Part shown: positions 9,330 through 18,452 of the stretch, one piece after another
Position numbering within the stretch: the stretch's first letter is position 1
How the letters are laid out: the number at the start of each line of letters is the position of its first letter
NCBI GenBank assembly: GCA_019239415.1
Contig: JAFAZW010000006.1
Span: 1,959-65,958 of the forward strand
Direction of reading: 5' to 3'
DNA: 64,000 nt
From: Alphaproteobacteria bacterium
GTDB taxonomy: Bacteria; Pseudomonadota; Alphaproteobacteria; Sphingomonadales; Sphingomonadaceae
Translations under genes and position numbers: made by a program
Notes under the pieces: generated by a model
Told to the model about the DNA's origin: nothing
Seen by the model: only the letters and a program-made list of their open reading frames with translations
The model's database searches: none

Positions 9330-9757
9330 ATTTCTGGGAGAAGCCGCTGGCCGACCTCGACCGAGGCGAATGGGAGGCGCTGTGCGACGGCTGCGGCCGC
9401 TGCTGCCTGCACAAGCTCGAGGACGAGGAGACCGGTGTCATCCACCCGACCAACGTCGCCTGCAAGCTGCTCGACCTCAAGACCGCGCGCTGCTCCAATT
9501 ACCGGGGGCGGCGAGCCTTCGTTCCCGACTGCGTGCGGCTGACCGCGGCGGGCGTCGCGACCATCGACTGGCTGCCCGCGACCTGCGCCTACCGCCTGCG
9601 CGCCGAGGGCAAGCCGCTCTATGACTGGCACCCGCTCCTCTCGGGCGACCCGGAAAGCGTCCACCGCGCCGGCGTGTCGATCCGCGGCTGGACCGTATCC
9701 GAGCGCGACGCCGGCGACGACAATCTCGAAATGTATATCCTCGACGATGACCTCTGA
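9317..9757 (+). CDS. YcgN/UPF0260 cysteine-cluster protein
   Basis: WEALCDGCGRCCLHKLEDEETG ... WLPATCAYRL is characteristic of the family. The start is ATG 9317, with GTG 9326 as an alternative. Confidence 0.8.
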   Translation: MGVVNFWEKPLADLDRGEWEALCDGCGRCCLHKLEDEETGVIHPTNVACKLLDLKTARCSNYRGRRAFVPDCVRLTAAGVATIDWLPATCAYRLRAEGKPLYDWHPLLSGDPESVHRAGVSIRGWTVSERDAGDDNLEMYILDDDL

Positions 9758-10451
9758 GCTGCGTTTCGAGGGAGGCGGGCGCTCCGCCGCGCTGAAGCTC
9801 ATGGTCTCGCCGCGGGCGCGGGTGATGCGGCTGCGCGTCGATCGGCGCACCGGGGATGTCGTGCTCACCGTGCCGCGCCGGGTCTCGCAGCGCAAGGCGC
9901 TGGACTGGGCGTCGGGTCACCGCGCGTGGATCGAGGCGCAGCTCGCCAGCCTCGGCGCCGGGCAGCCGCTGGTGGCGGGAAGCGAGATCCCGCTGTTCGG
10001 CCTGCCGCACCGCGTCGACTGGGACCCGGCGCGCCCGCGCACGCCCCGTCTCGAGGGGCAACGGGTCGTCGCCGGCGGCCCGGCCGAGGGGCTGGAGGCG
10101 CGGCTCACGCGCTGGCTCGCGCGCACGGCCCGCGCGTTGCTGGAAGCGGAGACGCACGAATTCGCCGCCCGGGCCGGCGTCGCCGTCACCCGCGTCGCGG
10201 TCGGCGATCCCGTGTCGCGATGGGGAAGCTGCGCCGCATCCGGTGCGATCCGCTACAGCTGGCGGTTGATCCTCGCGCCCGACTGGGTGCGCCGGGCGAC
10301 GGTCGCCCACGAGGTCGCGCACCGGGTCCACATGAACCATGGCCCGGCCTTCCACGCGCTCGTCGCCGACCTGCTCGGCGCCGACCCGAAGCCGGCGCGC
10401 CTATGGCTGCGGCGCGAAGGTCCGCGGCTCCATCGCGTCGGGCGGCGGTAG
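9747..10451 (+). CDS. M48-family (YgjP/DUF45-like) metallopeptidase
   Basis: Internal ATG start (MTSELRF). The zinc motif HEVAHRVHMNH is near the C-terminus. Confidence 0.78.
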   Translation: MTSELRFEGGGRSAALKLMVSPRARVMRLRVDRRTGDVVLTVPRRVSQRKALDWASGHRAWIEAQLASLGAGQPLVAGSEIPLFGLPHRVDWDPARPRTPRLEGQRVVAGGPAEGLEARLTRWLARTARALLEAETHEFAARAGVAVTRVAVGDPVSRWGSCAASGAIRYSWRLILAPDWVRRATVAHEVAHRVHMNHGPAFHALVADLLGADPKPARLWLRREGPRLHRVGRR

Positions 10452-12509
10452 CGGACGCGGCCGGCGCCGTGGCGGCGGCGGGGGCGGCAAATCGTCCCGT
10501 CCGGTCGCGCGATCGAGCATCGACTGGTAGGCGCGGTCCTCGTCGCTCGGCGGCGGCGGGCGCATCCGCACCGGCGGCGCCGGCTGACGGTCCTCGGGCA
10601 GCGCGTTGCCGTCTGGATCCACGAACTGTCCCGCCCCCGGCGCCTGGCCGTTGTCGGGCAGCTGGCTCCACGCGTCCTGATCGGGCTCCTGCCAGTCCGG
10701 CGCCTTCACCTGCACGTCGAAATTCTCGACCGGCCGGTTGGCGACGGCCTTGATCATGAAGTCGTGGAAGGCACGGGCCGGCGCCGTTCCGCCCTGCAGG
10801 CCCGGCACGACCTTGTTGTCGTCGCGCCCCATCCACACGCCGGTGGTCAGGCCGCTCGAAAAGCCGAGGAACCAGCCGTCCTTGTTCAGGGTCGTGGTGC
10901 CGGTCTTGCCGGCGACGGGACGGCCGATCTGCGCGGCGCGGCCGGTGCCGGTCAGCACCGCGGTCTGCATGAGGTCGGTCATTTCCGCGGCGATCCACGG
11001 CGTGAACAGCGCCCGGTTGTCCGGCGGCTGCGCCTGGTAGAGCAATTCGCCCTTCGGCGTCGTCACCCGCTTGATGCCGTAGGGCACGACCGCGACGCCC
11101 TTCGCCGCGACCGCCGCATAGGCGCGGGTCATGTCGATCAGCCGCACCTCGGAGCTGCCCAGCGTGATCGACGGATGGGTGACCAGCTTCGAGGTGATGC
11201 CGAGCCGTTGCGCCATGTCCGCGACGGTGCGGAAGCCGACCTCCTGTCCCAGCCGGGCGGAGACGGTGTTGATCGATTGCGCGAACGCCTGGCGCAGGCT
11301 GATCATGCCCGAGACCGCGTGCCCGTTGTTGCGCGGGCTCCAGCCGTTGATGTTGATCGGGTCGGCGGAGACCAGCTGGTCCGGCTTGTAGCCCGCTTCG
11401 AGCGCGGCGAGGTAGACGAACAATTTGAACGAGGAGCCCGGCTGGCGGTTCGCCTGCGTCGCGCGGTTGTAGATCGAGTTGACGTAATCCTTGCCGCCGA
11501 CCATCGCCCGCACCGCGCCGTCGCGGTCGAGGGCGACGAGCGCGCCCTGCGCCCCGGCCGGGCTGTTGGCGTTGATCACCTGGTCCGCCAGCCGCTGCAT
11601 GTTGGGATCGAGCGTGGTCCAGACCTCGATCGGCTGGTTGTTGACGCTGATCAGCGTGTCGAGCTGGGGCAGCACCCAGTCGGTGAAATAGCGGACGCTG
11701 TTCTGCTTGGGCGTCGGCGCGATCTTGACGTCCGCCGGCTGGGCGGCGGCGGCCTCGGCCTGGGTGATGGCGCCGTTCTCCGCCATCAACCGGATGACCG
11801 TGGCGGCGCGGGCCTTGCCGGCCTCCGGATCCGCGCTCGGCGCATAGTTGGAGGGGGCCTTGACGAGGCCGGCGATGATCGCCGCCTCCGAGAGGCTCAG
11901 CGTGCGCGCCGAATGGCCGAAGAATTTGCGCGAGGCGGCGTCGATGCCGAAGGCGCCGCCGCCGAAATAGACGCGGTTCAGGTAGAGCTCGAGGATCTGG
12001 TCCTTCGAGAATTTGCGCTCGAGGGCCAGCGCGAGGATCATCTCGCGTCCCTTGCGAGCGTAGCTGCGGTTGTTGCTGAGGAAGATGTTGCGGGCGAGCT
12101 GCTGCGTAATCGTCGAGGTCGCGCTGACCCGGCGGCTGTTGATGAGGCCGGAGCCGACGGCGCGGACGAGGCCGAGCGGATCGACGCCGAGATGCGAACG
12201 GAAGCGCCTGTCCTCGACCGAGATCAGGGCGTCCTTCATGATCTTCGGGATCTCGTTGCTCGGCAGCCATTCCCCGAAGCTCGGGCCCATCGCGACCAGC
12301 ACCGAGCCGTCGGCGGCGTGGACGCGGATCGTCTGGCCGAGATCGTTGCGACGGACCAACTCGTCGTAGGTCGGCAGCGAGTTCATCGCCACGACCACCG
12401 CCACGGCGATGGCGATGAGGCCGATGAGCCCGGCGTAGAGCAGGCCCTTGAGGGTGGTGAGGATGCCCCGCTTGAGGCGCGAGGGCGGGGCGGACGCGTC
12501 ACTGGCCAT
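10401..12509 (-). CDS. penicillin-binding protein 1A family (bifunctional glycosyltransferase/transpeptidase)
   Basis: 702 aa with an N-terminal TM anchor. It has the GT51 motif EDRRFRSHLGVD, the transpeptidase motifs SSFK and KTGTT, and a Pro-rich tail. Confidence 0.9.
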   Translation of the reverse strand: MASDASAPPSRLKRGILTTLKGLLYAGLIGLIAIAVAVVVAMNSLPTYDELVRRNDLGQTIRVHAADGSVLVAMGPSFGEWLPSNEIPKIMKDALISVEDRRFRSHLGVDPLGLVRAVGSGLINSRRVSATSTITQQLARNIFLSNNRSYARKGREMILALALERKFSKDQILELYLNRVYFGGGAFGIDAASRKFFGHSARTLSLSEAAIIAGLVKAPSNYAPSADPEAGKARAATVIRLMAENGAITQAEAAAAQPADVKIAPTPKQNSVRYFTDWVLPQLDTLISVNNQPIEVWTTLDPNMQRLADQVINANSPAGAQGALVALDRDGAVRAMVGGKDYVNSIYNRATQANRQPGSSFKLFVYLAALEAGYKPDQLVSADPININGWSPRNNGHAVSGMISLRQAFAQSINTVSARLGQEVGFRTVADMAQRLGITSKLVTHPSITLGSSEVRLIDMTRAYAAVAAKGVAVVPYGIKRVTTPKGELLYQAQPPDNRALFTPWIAAEMTDLMQTAVLTGTGRAAQIGRPVAGKTGTTTLNKDGWFLGFSSGLTTGVWMGRDDNKVVPGLQGGTAPARAFHDFMIKAVANRPVENFDVQVKAPDWQEPDQDAWSQLPDNGQAPGAGQFVDPDGNALPEDRQPAPPVRMRPPPPSDEDRAYQSMLDRATGRDDLPPPPPPRRRPRPLPPPDAMEPRTFAPQP

Positions 12510-12637
12510 AGGCGGCGAACCTAGGGCGTGACGGCAAGCCTCACAAGCGGCCCCGCCTCATCGGCGAGCCGCACCCGCGAAGGCCGCGCCGGAAGCGCGG
12601 TCTCCGGGGATCCGGGCGCGGCCGGAGCCGCGCGGCC

Positions 12638-12769
12638 TCAGTGCATCGCGTTCGAGGTGGCGTTGGCAGTGGATTCGATGTCCTTGCCGGCGCCGCGCAC
12701 CGTGTTGCAGGCGACGATCGACACGATCGCGCCGGTGATGAGGACGAGGTTCATCGCCTTGCGAAACAT
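12638..12769 (-). CDS. entericidin A/B-family small lipoprotein
   Basis: 43-aa product MFRKAMNLVLITGAIVSIVACNTVRGAGKDIESTANATSNAMH. It has the lipobox IVAC and the start is taken at an internal ATG of the track ORF. Confidence 0.7.
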   Translation of the reverse strand: MFRKAMNLVLITGAIVSIVACNTVRGAGKDIESTANATSNAMH

Positions 12770-12890
12770 CTGGAACTCTCCCTTCGGGGCGCGCGCAACA
12801 GGCGGCGCCGCGGGGTCAATGCCGGGCGAAGCGGGGAGTTCCCGTTGCGACGCCGCAACTTTGCGCCGACAAGGCGCGGCGGAGGTGACC

Positions 12891-13331
12891 ATGCTCGCTT
12901 TTACCCTCGCCGCCCTGCTCGTCGCCGCGCCGAGCCCGGAAGCCGAAGCGCTCGGCCGCCGCCTCGCCGCCACCGGCACGCTCGAGACGCTGCTGCCGAC
13001 CGTCGCCGCGAAGGAGACGGAGGAGCTCATCGCCCAGCACCCGGAGCTCAGCGCCGCCGAGCGCGCGATGTTGCGCGACACCGGCCGCACGGTGGCCGCC
13101 GCGATTGCGGAGAAGATGGTCGCCGTTTTCGGACACGAATATGCCGCGACGCTCACCCTCGAGGATCTCCGCATGCTGGTCGCGTTCGCCGAAACGCCGG
13201 CCTCGCGCCGCTACCGCGAGGCGGTGCCGGGCGTCATGATGCGGGCGGTGACGAAGGTCGGCGGCGTCGATTTCGGCGGCGACCTGCGCAAGGCCTTCTG
13301 CGCAAAGACGGGCAAGCTCTGCCCGAAGTGA
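12891..13331 (+). CDS. DUF2059-domain periplasmic protein
   Basis: Internal ATG 12891 followed by a signal peptide. LTLEDLRMLVAFAETPASRRYREAVPGVM resembles DUF2059. Confidence 0.6.
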   Translation: MLAFTLAALLVAAPSPEAEALGRRLAATGTLETLLPTVAAKETEELIAQHPELSAAERAMLRDTGRTVAAAIAEKMVAVFGHEYAATLTLEDLRMLVAFAETPASRRYREAVPGVMMRAVTKVGGVDFGGDLRKAFCAKTGKLCPK

Positions 13332-13418
13332 TGGTGCGGTCGAGAAGACTCGAACTTCCACGGCCTTTCGGCCACAGCGACCTCAACGCTGCGCGTCTAC
13401 CAGTTCCGCCACGACCGC
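13332..13418 (-). tRNA. tRNA-Leu (anticodon GAG)
   Basis: Folded by hand. The acceptor stem is GCGGTCG/CGACCGC followed by ACCA. The anticodon arm is CAGCG-TTGAGGT-CGCTG, there is a long variable arm, and the T-loop is GTTCGAGTC. Total length is 87 nt with an encoded CCA. Confidence 0.9.
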
Positions 13419-13535
13419 ACGTGATGCCGCCGAAACAGGTCCGGCGCCGGTAGGAGCGCGGCCTCTAGCAAAGGGGTTTGGCGGGTGCAATGGGGTTGGC
13501 TTCGCGGGACCGGGAACTGGCGGGGCAGCAGCTCT

Positions 13536-13584
13536 CCCCAGTCCCCAGTCCCCAGTCCCCAGTCCCCAGTCCCCAGTCCCCAGT
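13536..13584. repeat. perfect heptanucleotide microsatellite (CCCCAGT)x7; (ACTGGGG)n on the minus strand
   Basis: Counted directly. There are seven identical head-to-tail units plus a partial unit that runs into the pfk stop codon. Confidence 0.95.
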
Positions 13585-13586
13585 CC

Positions 13587-14684
13587 CTAATACAGAAACA
13601 TCGGCATGCCCTCGACGCGCATCAGCTTGGCGCGGTAGGCGGCGCCGTCGTAGAGTCCCGACACGTCGACCGTCTTGCGGCCGTGGAGCAGCGTGTCGGC
13701 GGGGACGTGGCTGTAATTGCCGTCGGTGAGCGTCACCATCCGGCCGTGCTCGTGGCGCGCGAGGAGCTGGACGGCGAGGCCGCCGAAGGCGAGCCCGACC
13801 ATCCGGTCCATGGCGTCCGGCTCGCCGGCGCGCATCAGGTAGGCGAGCTCCTGATTGACGACGCCGCAGCCGAGGCGGGCCGAAATGGCGCGGCCGAGGC
13901 GGTGGCCGACGCCGACGTCGGCGCGCTCGCTCGCCGGGCGGGACAGCTGGTCTTCGCCCGCCTCGCCCCGGATCGCCGCCCCTTCTGAGACGACGCACAT
14001 CGCGTAGCGCGCCGGGTTGGTCGCCTTGTCCTCGGCGAGCAGCGGCAGGAGGATGTCGAGGTCGGCGGGGACCTCGGCGATGACGGTGCGGTCGACCTGG
14101 GCGAGGAAGCCGGCCAGTAAGGCGGTTTCGCCGCTTCGCCGCCCGAACAATTCGACGATCCCGATGCGCTCGTGGCTCTCGACGGTGGTGCGCAACGCAT
14201 TGATCGCCTCGACCGACCGGCTGACGGCGGTCGAGAAGCCGATGCAATAATCGGTGCCGTAGACGTCGTTGTCCATCGTCTTGGGGATCGAGACGATCGG
14301 CACGCCCTGTGCGGCGAGGTGGGCCGAGAACCGCAAGGTCCCGTCGCCGCCGAGCGTCACCATGGCGTCGATGCCGAGCGCCTCGAGCGTCGCGATCACC
14401 CGCCCCGTCTGGTCGCCGGCCTTCAGGGTGCGTGGATCGGTGCGCGACGTATGGAGGATCGTCCCGCCCATCCGGTCGAGGCCGCGAACGCCCTCGCGGG
14501 TCAGAGAAAGGCTGTTCGCGGCGACCGACGCCGCATCGGCCGGGTCGATGGCGAGGACGCCTTCCCAACCGCGCCGGAAACCGGTGACCGTCCAGCCGAG
14601 ATCGTCCGCGGAGAGGGTGATCGAGCGGATGCAGGGGTTGAGGCCGGGAACGTCGCCGCCGCCGGTGAGGATGCCGATCCGCAT
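13587..14684 (-). CDS. pfk: 6-phosphofructokinase (PfkA family, group III-like)
   Basis: 365 aa with the motifs GILTGGGDVPGLN, GGDGT and PKTMDND. The Gly in GGDG combined with the Lys in PKT is a mixed signature, so phosphoryl-donor specificity is not certain. Confidence 0.85.
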   Translation of the reverse strand: MRIGILTGGGDVPGLNPCIRSITLSADDLGWTVTGFRRGWEGVLAIDPADAASVAANSLSLTREGVRGLDRMGGTILHTSRTDPRTLKAGDQTGRVIATLEALGIDAMVTLGGDGTLRFSAHLAAQGVPIVSIPKTMDNDVYGTDYCIGFSTAVSRSVEAINALRTTVESHERIGIVELFGRRSGETALLAGFLAQVDRTVIAEVPADLDILLPLLAEDKATNPARYAMCVVSEGAAIRGEAGEDQLSRPASERADVGVGHRLGRAISARLGCGVVNQELAYLMRAGEPDAMDRMVGLAFGGLAVQLLARHEHGRMVTLTDGNYSHVPADTLLHGRKTVDVSGLYDGAAYRAKLMRVEGMPMFLY

Positions 14685-14688
14685 ACCG

Positions 14689-15468
14689 CTAGACGCTGGG
14701 GCCGAAGCTGAGGTGGAGCCGCTTGGCCGCCGGGGGTGCGTCGATTTCGGTGTTGCTGAAGGTGGCGCTCTGCCCTGGGGCGAGCTCGCTCACCGGCGCG
14801 GCGACCGACCAGCTCGAGACGGTGGCCCCTTGGGCGTCGAGCAGCTCGACCTTGATCGGCGGCACGCGCTGCGTCTTGCCGGCCGGGTTCCAGACGCGGC
14901 CGTTGACGGTGAGGAGAGAGTTGCCGCTGGCGAGTTGCTGGCGGGCGATGGTCCCCTCGATCCCCAGCGGGCTCGACGCCGCCGCGCCGGTCATCGCCCC
15001 GAGCCGCGGCGGGCCGATCAGGAAGATCGCCGCGACCGCGGCCAGCGCGACGACCGCGAAGGCGATGGCGAAGACGGTCCACAGCCGCGCCGGGTTGCGG
15101 CGGGGACGGAAGGGCGGCTGGTGGGCGAAGGCGTCGAAATCCTCCGGCTCCTCCACCGCCGGGCCGAGCAGCTCGCTCGCCGCCGGGCGGGTGGGGACCG
15201 GCACGGCCTCCGGCTCGGGCCGGCGGCGCGGCGCGGCGAAGGCCGGGGGCGCCTCGACCGGCGCGGGAGGCGGCGGTGGAGATGGTGGCGGTGGAGGCGG
15301 TGGCGGCGGGGGTGACGGCGCGGCCGCGGGCGGCGCGGCGCGCGGCGGCGGCGCGCTCTGGAACCAGCTGTGGCGGCAGGAGGCGCAGCGGACCTGCCGT
15401 CCCGCCGCTCCGATCGCGCTGTCCGGGACCACGTAGCGCGTCTTGCAGGCGGGGCAGCTGAGGATCAT
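14689..15468 (-). CDS. MJ0042-type zinc-ribbon membrane protein with poly-Pro linker
   Basis: [35 protein letters not shown] zinc ribbon, then a Pro-rich linker, one TM helix, and a DUF3426-like C-terminal domain. Confidence 0.7.
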   Translation of the reverse strand: MILSCPACKTRYVVPDSAIGAAGRQVRCASCRHSWFQSAPPPRAAPPAAAPSPPPPPPPPPPSPPPPPAPVEAPPAFAAPRRRPEPEAVPVPTRPAASELLGPAVEEPEDFDAFAHQPPFRPRRNPARLWTVFAIAFAVVALAAVAAIFLIGPPRLGAMTGAAASSPLGIEGTIARQQLASGNSLLTVNGRVWNPAGKTQRVPPIKVELLDAQGATVSSWSVAAPVSELAPGQSATFSNTEIDAPPAAKRLHLSFGPSV

Positions 15469-15581
15469 CGGTGAGGAACGGGCTCCGGCGCGCGAATTTG
15501 GTTAAGACCAAGCACAGTTGCGCCCCGCCAGCAAGCAAATGCCGCCTTTTCGCGGGTTTGCGCGGGGCGCCGCCGCATGTC

Positions 15582-16337
15582 ATGGGATGGCGAGAGAAGC
15601 GAGGGCGAGCGGAGGCGGGTCTGGCCAGCGGCGGCAGCATCGTTCAGTTCGATAATGTCGGCCTGCGCTACGGCACCGGCGCCGAGACGCTGTCGGACCT
15701 CAGCTTCTCGCTGCAGGAGGGGGGATTCTACTTTCTCACCGGTCCTTCGGGCGCCGGCAAGACCTCGCTGCTCCGCCTCCTCTACCTTGCACAGCGTCCG
15801 AGCCGGGGGCTGATCCGCCTGTTCGGCGAGGACATCGTCACCATGCCCCGCCGGCGCCTGCCGGGATTCCGGCGGCGGATCGGCGTCGTCTTCCAGGATT
15901 TCCGCCTGGTCCCCCACCTGTCGGCGTTCGACAACGTGGCGCTGCCGCTCCGCGTCGCCGGCGTCGCCGACCGCGACCTCGAGAATCCGGTGAAGGAGAT
16001 GCTGGCCTGGGTGGGTCTCGGCCACCGCGCCAGCGCGCGGCCGGCGACCCTGTCGGGCGGCGAGCAGCAGCGCGTCGCCATCGCCCGCGCCGTCATCGCC
16101 CGGCCCGAGCTGCTGGTGGCCGATGAGCCGACCGGCAACGTCGATCCCGATATGGCCAAGCGCCTGCTCCACCTGTTCGACAGCTTGAACAAGCTCGGCA
16201 CCACGATCGTCGTCGCCACCCACGACCTGCACCTCATTTCGTCGATCGGCCGGGCGGAGATGCTGCGGCTCGATCGCGGCGAGCTGCTCGATCCGACCGG
16301 GGCGCTGCGCCATCCGCCGCGGCGGCCCGACGCATGA
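15582..16337 (+). CDS. ftsE: cell division ATP-binding protein FtsE
   Basis: Walker A GPSGAGKTS, signature LSGGEQQR and Walker B LLVADEP are present. The start is uncertain; ATG 15582 is the first plausible in-frame start. Confidence 0.85.
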   Translation: MGWREKRGRAEAGLASGGSIVQFDNVGLRYGTGAETLSDLSFSLQEGGFYFLTGPSGAGKTSLLRLLYLAQRPSRGLIRLFGEDIVTMPRRRLPGFRRRIGVVFQDFRLVPHLSAFDNVALPLRVAGVADRDLENPVKEMLAWVGLGHRASARPATLSGGEQQRVAIARAVIARPELLVADEPTGNVDPDMAKRLLHLFDSLNKLGTTIVVATHDLHLISSIGRAEMLRLDRGELLDPTGALRHPPRRPDA

Positions 16338-17230
16338 AGGCGGGCGCGCGCAAGTTCGGCGCCGCCGACCGGCGGCTGCTGCCGGAGGGGCGGATGGCGG
16401 GGCCGATGCCTTGGGTCATCGCCATCATGATGTTCCTGACCGTGCTCGCCGCGGCCGCTGGCCTCGGCCTCGGCAGCGCCGCCGGCAACCTCACCGCCGG
16501 GATGGCGAGCCGCCTCACCGTGCAGGTCATGGCCGCCAACCCGGACCGTCGTGAGGCGGAGGCGGCGGCCGCGCTCGCCGCGGCGGAGCGGCTGCCCGGC
16601 GTCGCGCGGGTCCACAGGCTGACCCAGGACGAGATGCAGAAGCTGCTCGAACCCTGGCTGGGGGGCGGCGCGCTCGATGCGGACCTGCCGATCCCCGCGA
16701 TGATCGACGTCGACCTCGCGCCCGGCGGCGGGGACCGGGTCGACACGGTCCGCGGCGCGATCGCGGCCGCGGCGCCCTCGGCGCGCGTCGACAGCAATGC
16801 CACCTGGCTGGCGCCGCTCGGCCGGCTGATCGCGGCGTTGCGCTGGCTCGCCGTCGCCTTGGTCCTGCTGATGATCGGCGCGACCGCCGCCACCGTCGTC
16901 CTCGCCGCGCGGGCCGCCCTCGACACCCACCGGGCGACGATCGAGGTGCTGCACCTGATGGGCGCGACGGATCTCCAGGTGGCGCGGCTTTTCCAGCGCC
17001 GGATCGCGCTCGATGCCTTGTTCGGAGGTTTGGTGGGGCTGGCGGCCGCGGCGCTGGTGCTGGTCCTGCTCGGCAGCCGGGCCGCGGCGCTCGGGTCGGA
17101 CCTCCTCGGATCGGTCGCGCTGCCGCCGCTGGCCTGGGTGCTGCTCATCGCTTTGCCCCTTTTGGGCGTCCTTCTGGCGATGCTGGTGGCGCGCACGACC
17201 ATACTTCGTGCATTGGGCAGGATGTTGTGA
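16334..17230 (+). CDS. ftsX: cell division permease FtsX
   Basis: ATGA overlap with ftsE. It has 4 predicted TM segments and an FtsX-like periplasmic loop. Confidence 0.82.
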   Translation: MKAGARKFGAADRRLLPEGRMAGPMPWVIAIMMFLTVLAAAAGLGLGSAAGNLTAGMASRLTVQVMAANPDRREAEAAAALAAAERLPGVARVHRLTQDEMQKLLEPWLGGGALDADLPIPAMIDVDLAPGGGDRVDTVRGAIAAAAPSARVDSNATWLAPLGRLIAALRWLAVALVLLMIGATAATVVLAARAALDTHRATIEVLHLMGATDLQVARLFQRRIALDALFGGLVGLAAAALVLVLLGSRAAALGSDLLGSVALPPLAWVLLIALPLLGVLLAMLVARTTILRALGRML

Positions 17231-17757
17231 TCTCGCGCTTTCTCGCCTTTCTCGGCCTCGCCTACCTGCTCGGCTACGCCGCCTTCGCGGTGCTGCTGCC
17301 CGAGCCGGGCGACGACCGCGCGACCGACGCCGTGGTCGTGCTGACCGGCGGGCCGAAGCGGATCGAGCGGGGGCTCGATCTCCTGGCCCGCCACCGGGCC
17401 CAACGGATGCTCGTCTCGGGGGTCGACGCGACGGTCGGCGCGCACGATCTCGCCGTCCAGTATCCGGCGAGCGCGCCGCTCTTCGCCTGCTGCATCGACC
17501 TCGGCCGCGAGGCGGTGGACACGCGCTCCAATGCCGACGAGGTCGCGCGTTGGGTGAAGCGGCGGCGGTTCAAGTCCGTGCGGCTGGTGACCACCGACTG
17601 GCACATGCCCCGCGCCGGCTTCGAGATCGTCCGCCAGGTGGGCGGCTCGGCCCAGGTCTACGAGGACGCGATCGAGAGCCACCCGCGCTTCCAGACACTG
17701 TTCCTCGAATATAACAAATATCTGCTGCGCCGGGCGGCGGTGCTGCTCGGCATCTGA
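17227..17757 (+). CDS. YdcF/DUF218 family protein
   Basis: 176 aa. AVVVLTGGPKRIERGLDLL ... VTTDWHMPRA is typical of DUF218. The start overlaps the ftsX stop. Confidence 0.75.
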   Translation: MISRFLAFLGLAYLLGYAAFAVLLPEPGDDRATDAVVVLTGGPKRIERGLDLLARHRAQRMLVSGVDATVGAHDLAVQYPASAPLFACCIDLGREAVDTRSNADEVARWVKRRRFKSVRLVTTDWHMPRAGFEIVRQVGGSAQVYEDAIESHPRFQTLFLEYNKYLLRRAAVLLGI

Positions 17758-18452
17758 TGGAGCGGCTGAGGACGCTCGCCTTCGCCCTCGTTTTCTACGG
17801 GGGGACGGTGGTGTGGGTCGCGGTGGCGGTGCTCGCTCTGTTGTTCGGGCGGCGGGCGGTGCAGGCGGTCGCCAACGGCTGGGCGCGGTACCACCGCTGG
17901 TGCGCCGCGGCGATCCTCGGCATCCGCACCCGGGTCGAGGGGGAGGTCCCGCAGGGCGCGGTGCTGGTCGCGGCCAAGCACCAGGCGATGTTCGAGACGC
18001 TGGAGATGGTGCCGGTCCTCGGCCTCCCGCAGGTGGTGATGAAGCGCGAGCTGGCGCGGCTCCCGGTCTGGGGCTGGCTCGCCCGGCGTTACGGCATGAT
18101 CGGCGTCGACCGCGCCGGCGGCGCGGCGGCGCTCCGGCGGCTGATGAAGGAGGCGGAGCGGGCGATCGCGGAAGGCCGGCCGATCGTCATATTCCCGGAG
18201 GGTACCCGGGTGGAACCCGGGCAGCGGCCGGCGCTGCAGCCGGGATTCGCCGGGCTTTACCGGGCGTTCAACCTGCCCGTCGTCCCGGTCGCGCTCGACA
18301 GCGGCCAGCTCTGGCCCCGGCGGGGACCGAAGCGGGCGGGAACCGTCACGTTCCGGTTCGGGCACCCCATCCCGCCCGGCCTTCCGCGGCGGGAGGTTGA
18401 GGCGCGGGTGCACGACGCGATCAACGCGCTGGAGCCTCCGCCAGCCACCTGA
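17757..18452 (+). CDS. 1-acyl-sn-glycerol-3-phosphate (lysophospholipid) acyltransferase
   Basis: It has an N-terminal TM segment, the acyltransferase block AAKHQAMFET (an H-x4-D/E variant), and IFPEGTR. Confidence 0.8.
   Translation: MERLRTLAFALVFYGGTVVWVAVAVLALLFGRRAVQAVANGWARYHRWCAAAILGIRTRVEGEVPQGAVLVAAKHQAMFETLEMVPVLGLPQVVMKRELARLPVWGWLARRYGMIGVDRAGGAAALRRLMKEAERAIAEGRPIVIFPEGTRVEPGQRPALQPGFAGLYRAFNLPVVPVALDSGQLWPRRGPKRAGTVTFRFGHPIPPGLPRREVEARVHDAINALEPPPAT

Noticed and set aside
12575-12633. GC-rich hairpins (e.g. GCGCGGC-CGGA-GCCGCGC) downstream of the entericidin gene.
   Set aside because: The stem is plausible but no U-run follows, and such GC palindromes are common in this composition. 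It is left unannotated.
13536-13584. Considered whether the tandem repeats here and the other repeat clusters could be a CRISPR array.
   Set aside because: The units are 7 nt and directly abutting, with no spacers. The other repeats are inverted pairs, not direct repeats with unique spacers. No cas genes are present in the window.
13485-13988. Plus-strand ORF translating the heptamer repeat as SPQSPVPSPQSPVP..., which could look like a repeat protein.
   Set aside because: It is driven entirely by the microsatellite and then runs antisense through the well-supported pfk gene. It has no start context and no coding bias.
13587-14684. Considered calling the phosphofructokinase PPi-dependent.
   Set aside because: It has Gly in GGDG (ATP-type) but Lys in PKTMDND (PPi-type). 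From memory, this mixed pattern occurs in group III ATP-PFKs of actinobacteria. Specificity cannot be decided from the sequence alone, so I left it as PfkA-family.
15230-15320. A GC-rich quasi-repeat (GGCGGTGG-type units) that might be a repeat element.
   Set aside because: It is the antisense of the in-frame poly-Pro linker ([17 protein letters not shown]) of the zinc-ribbon protein. Similar coding Pro tracts occur in the TonB-family and S8 protease genes. This is low-complexity coding sequence, not a dispersed element.
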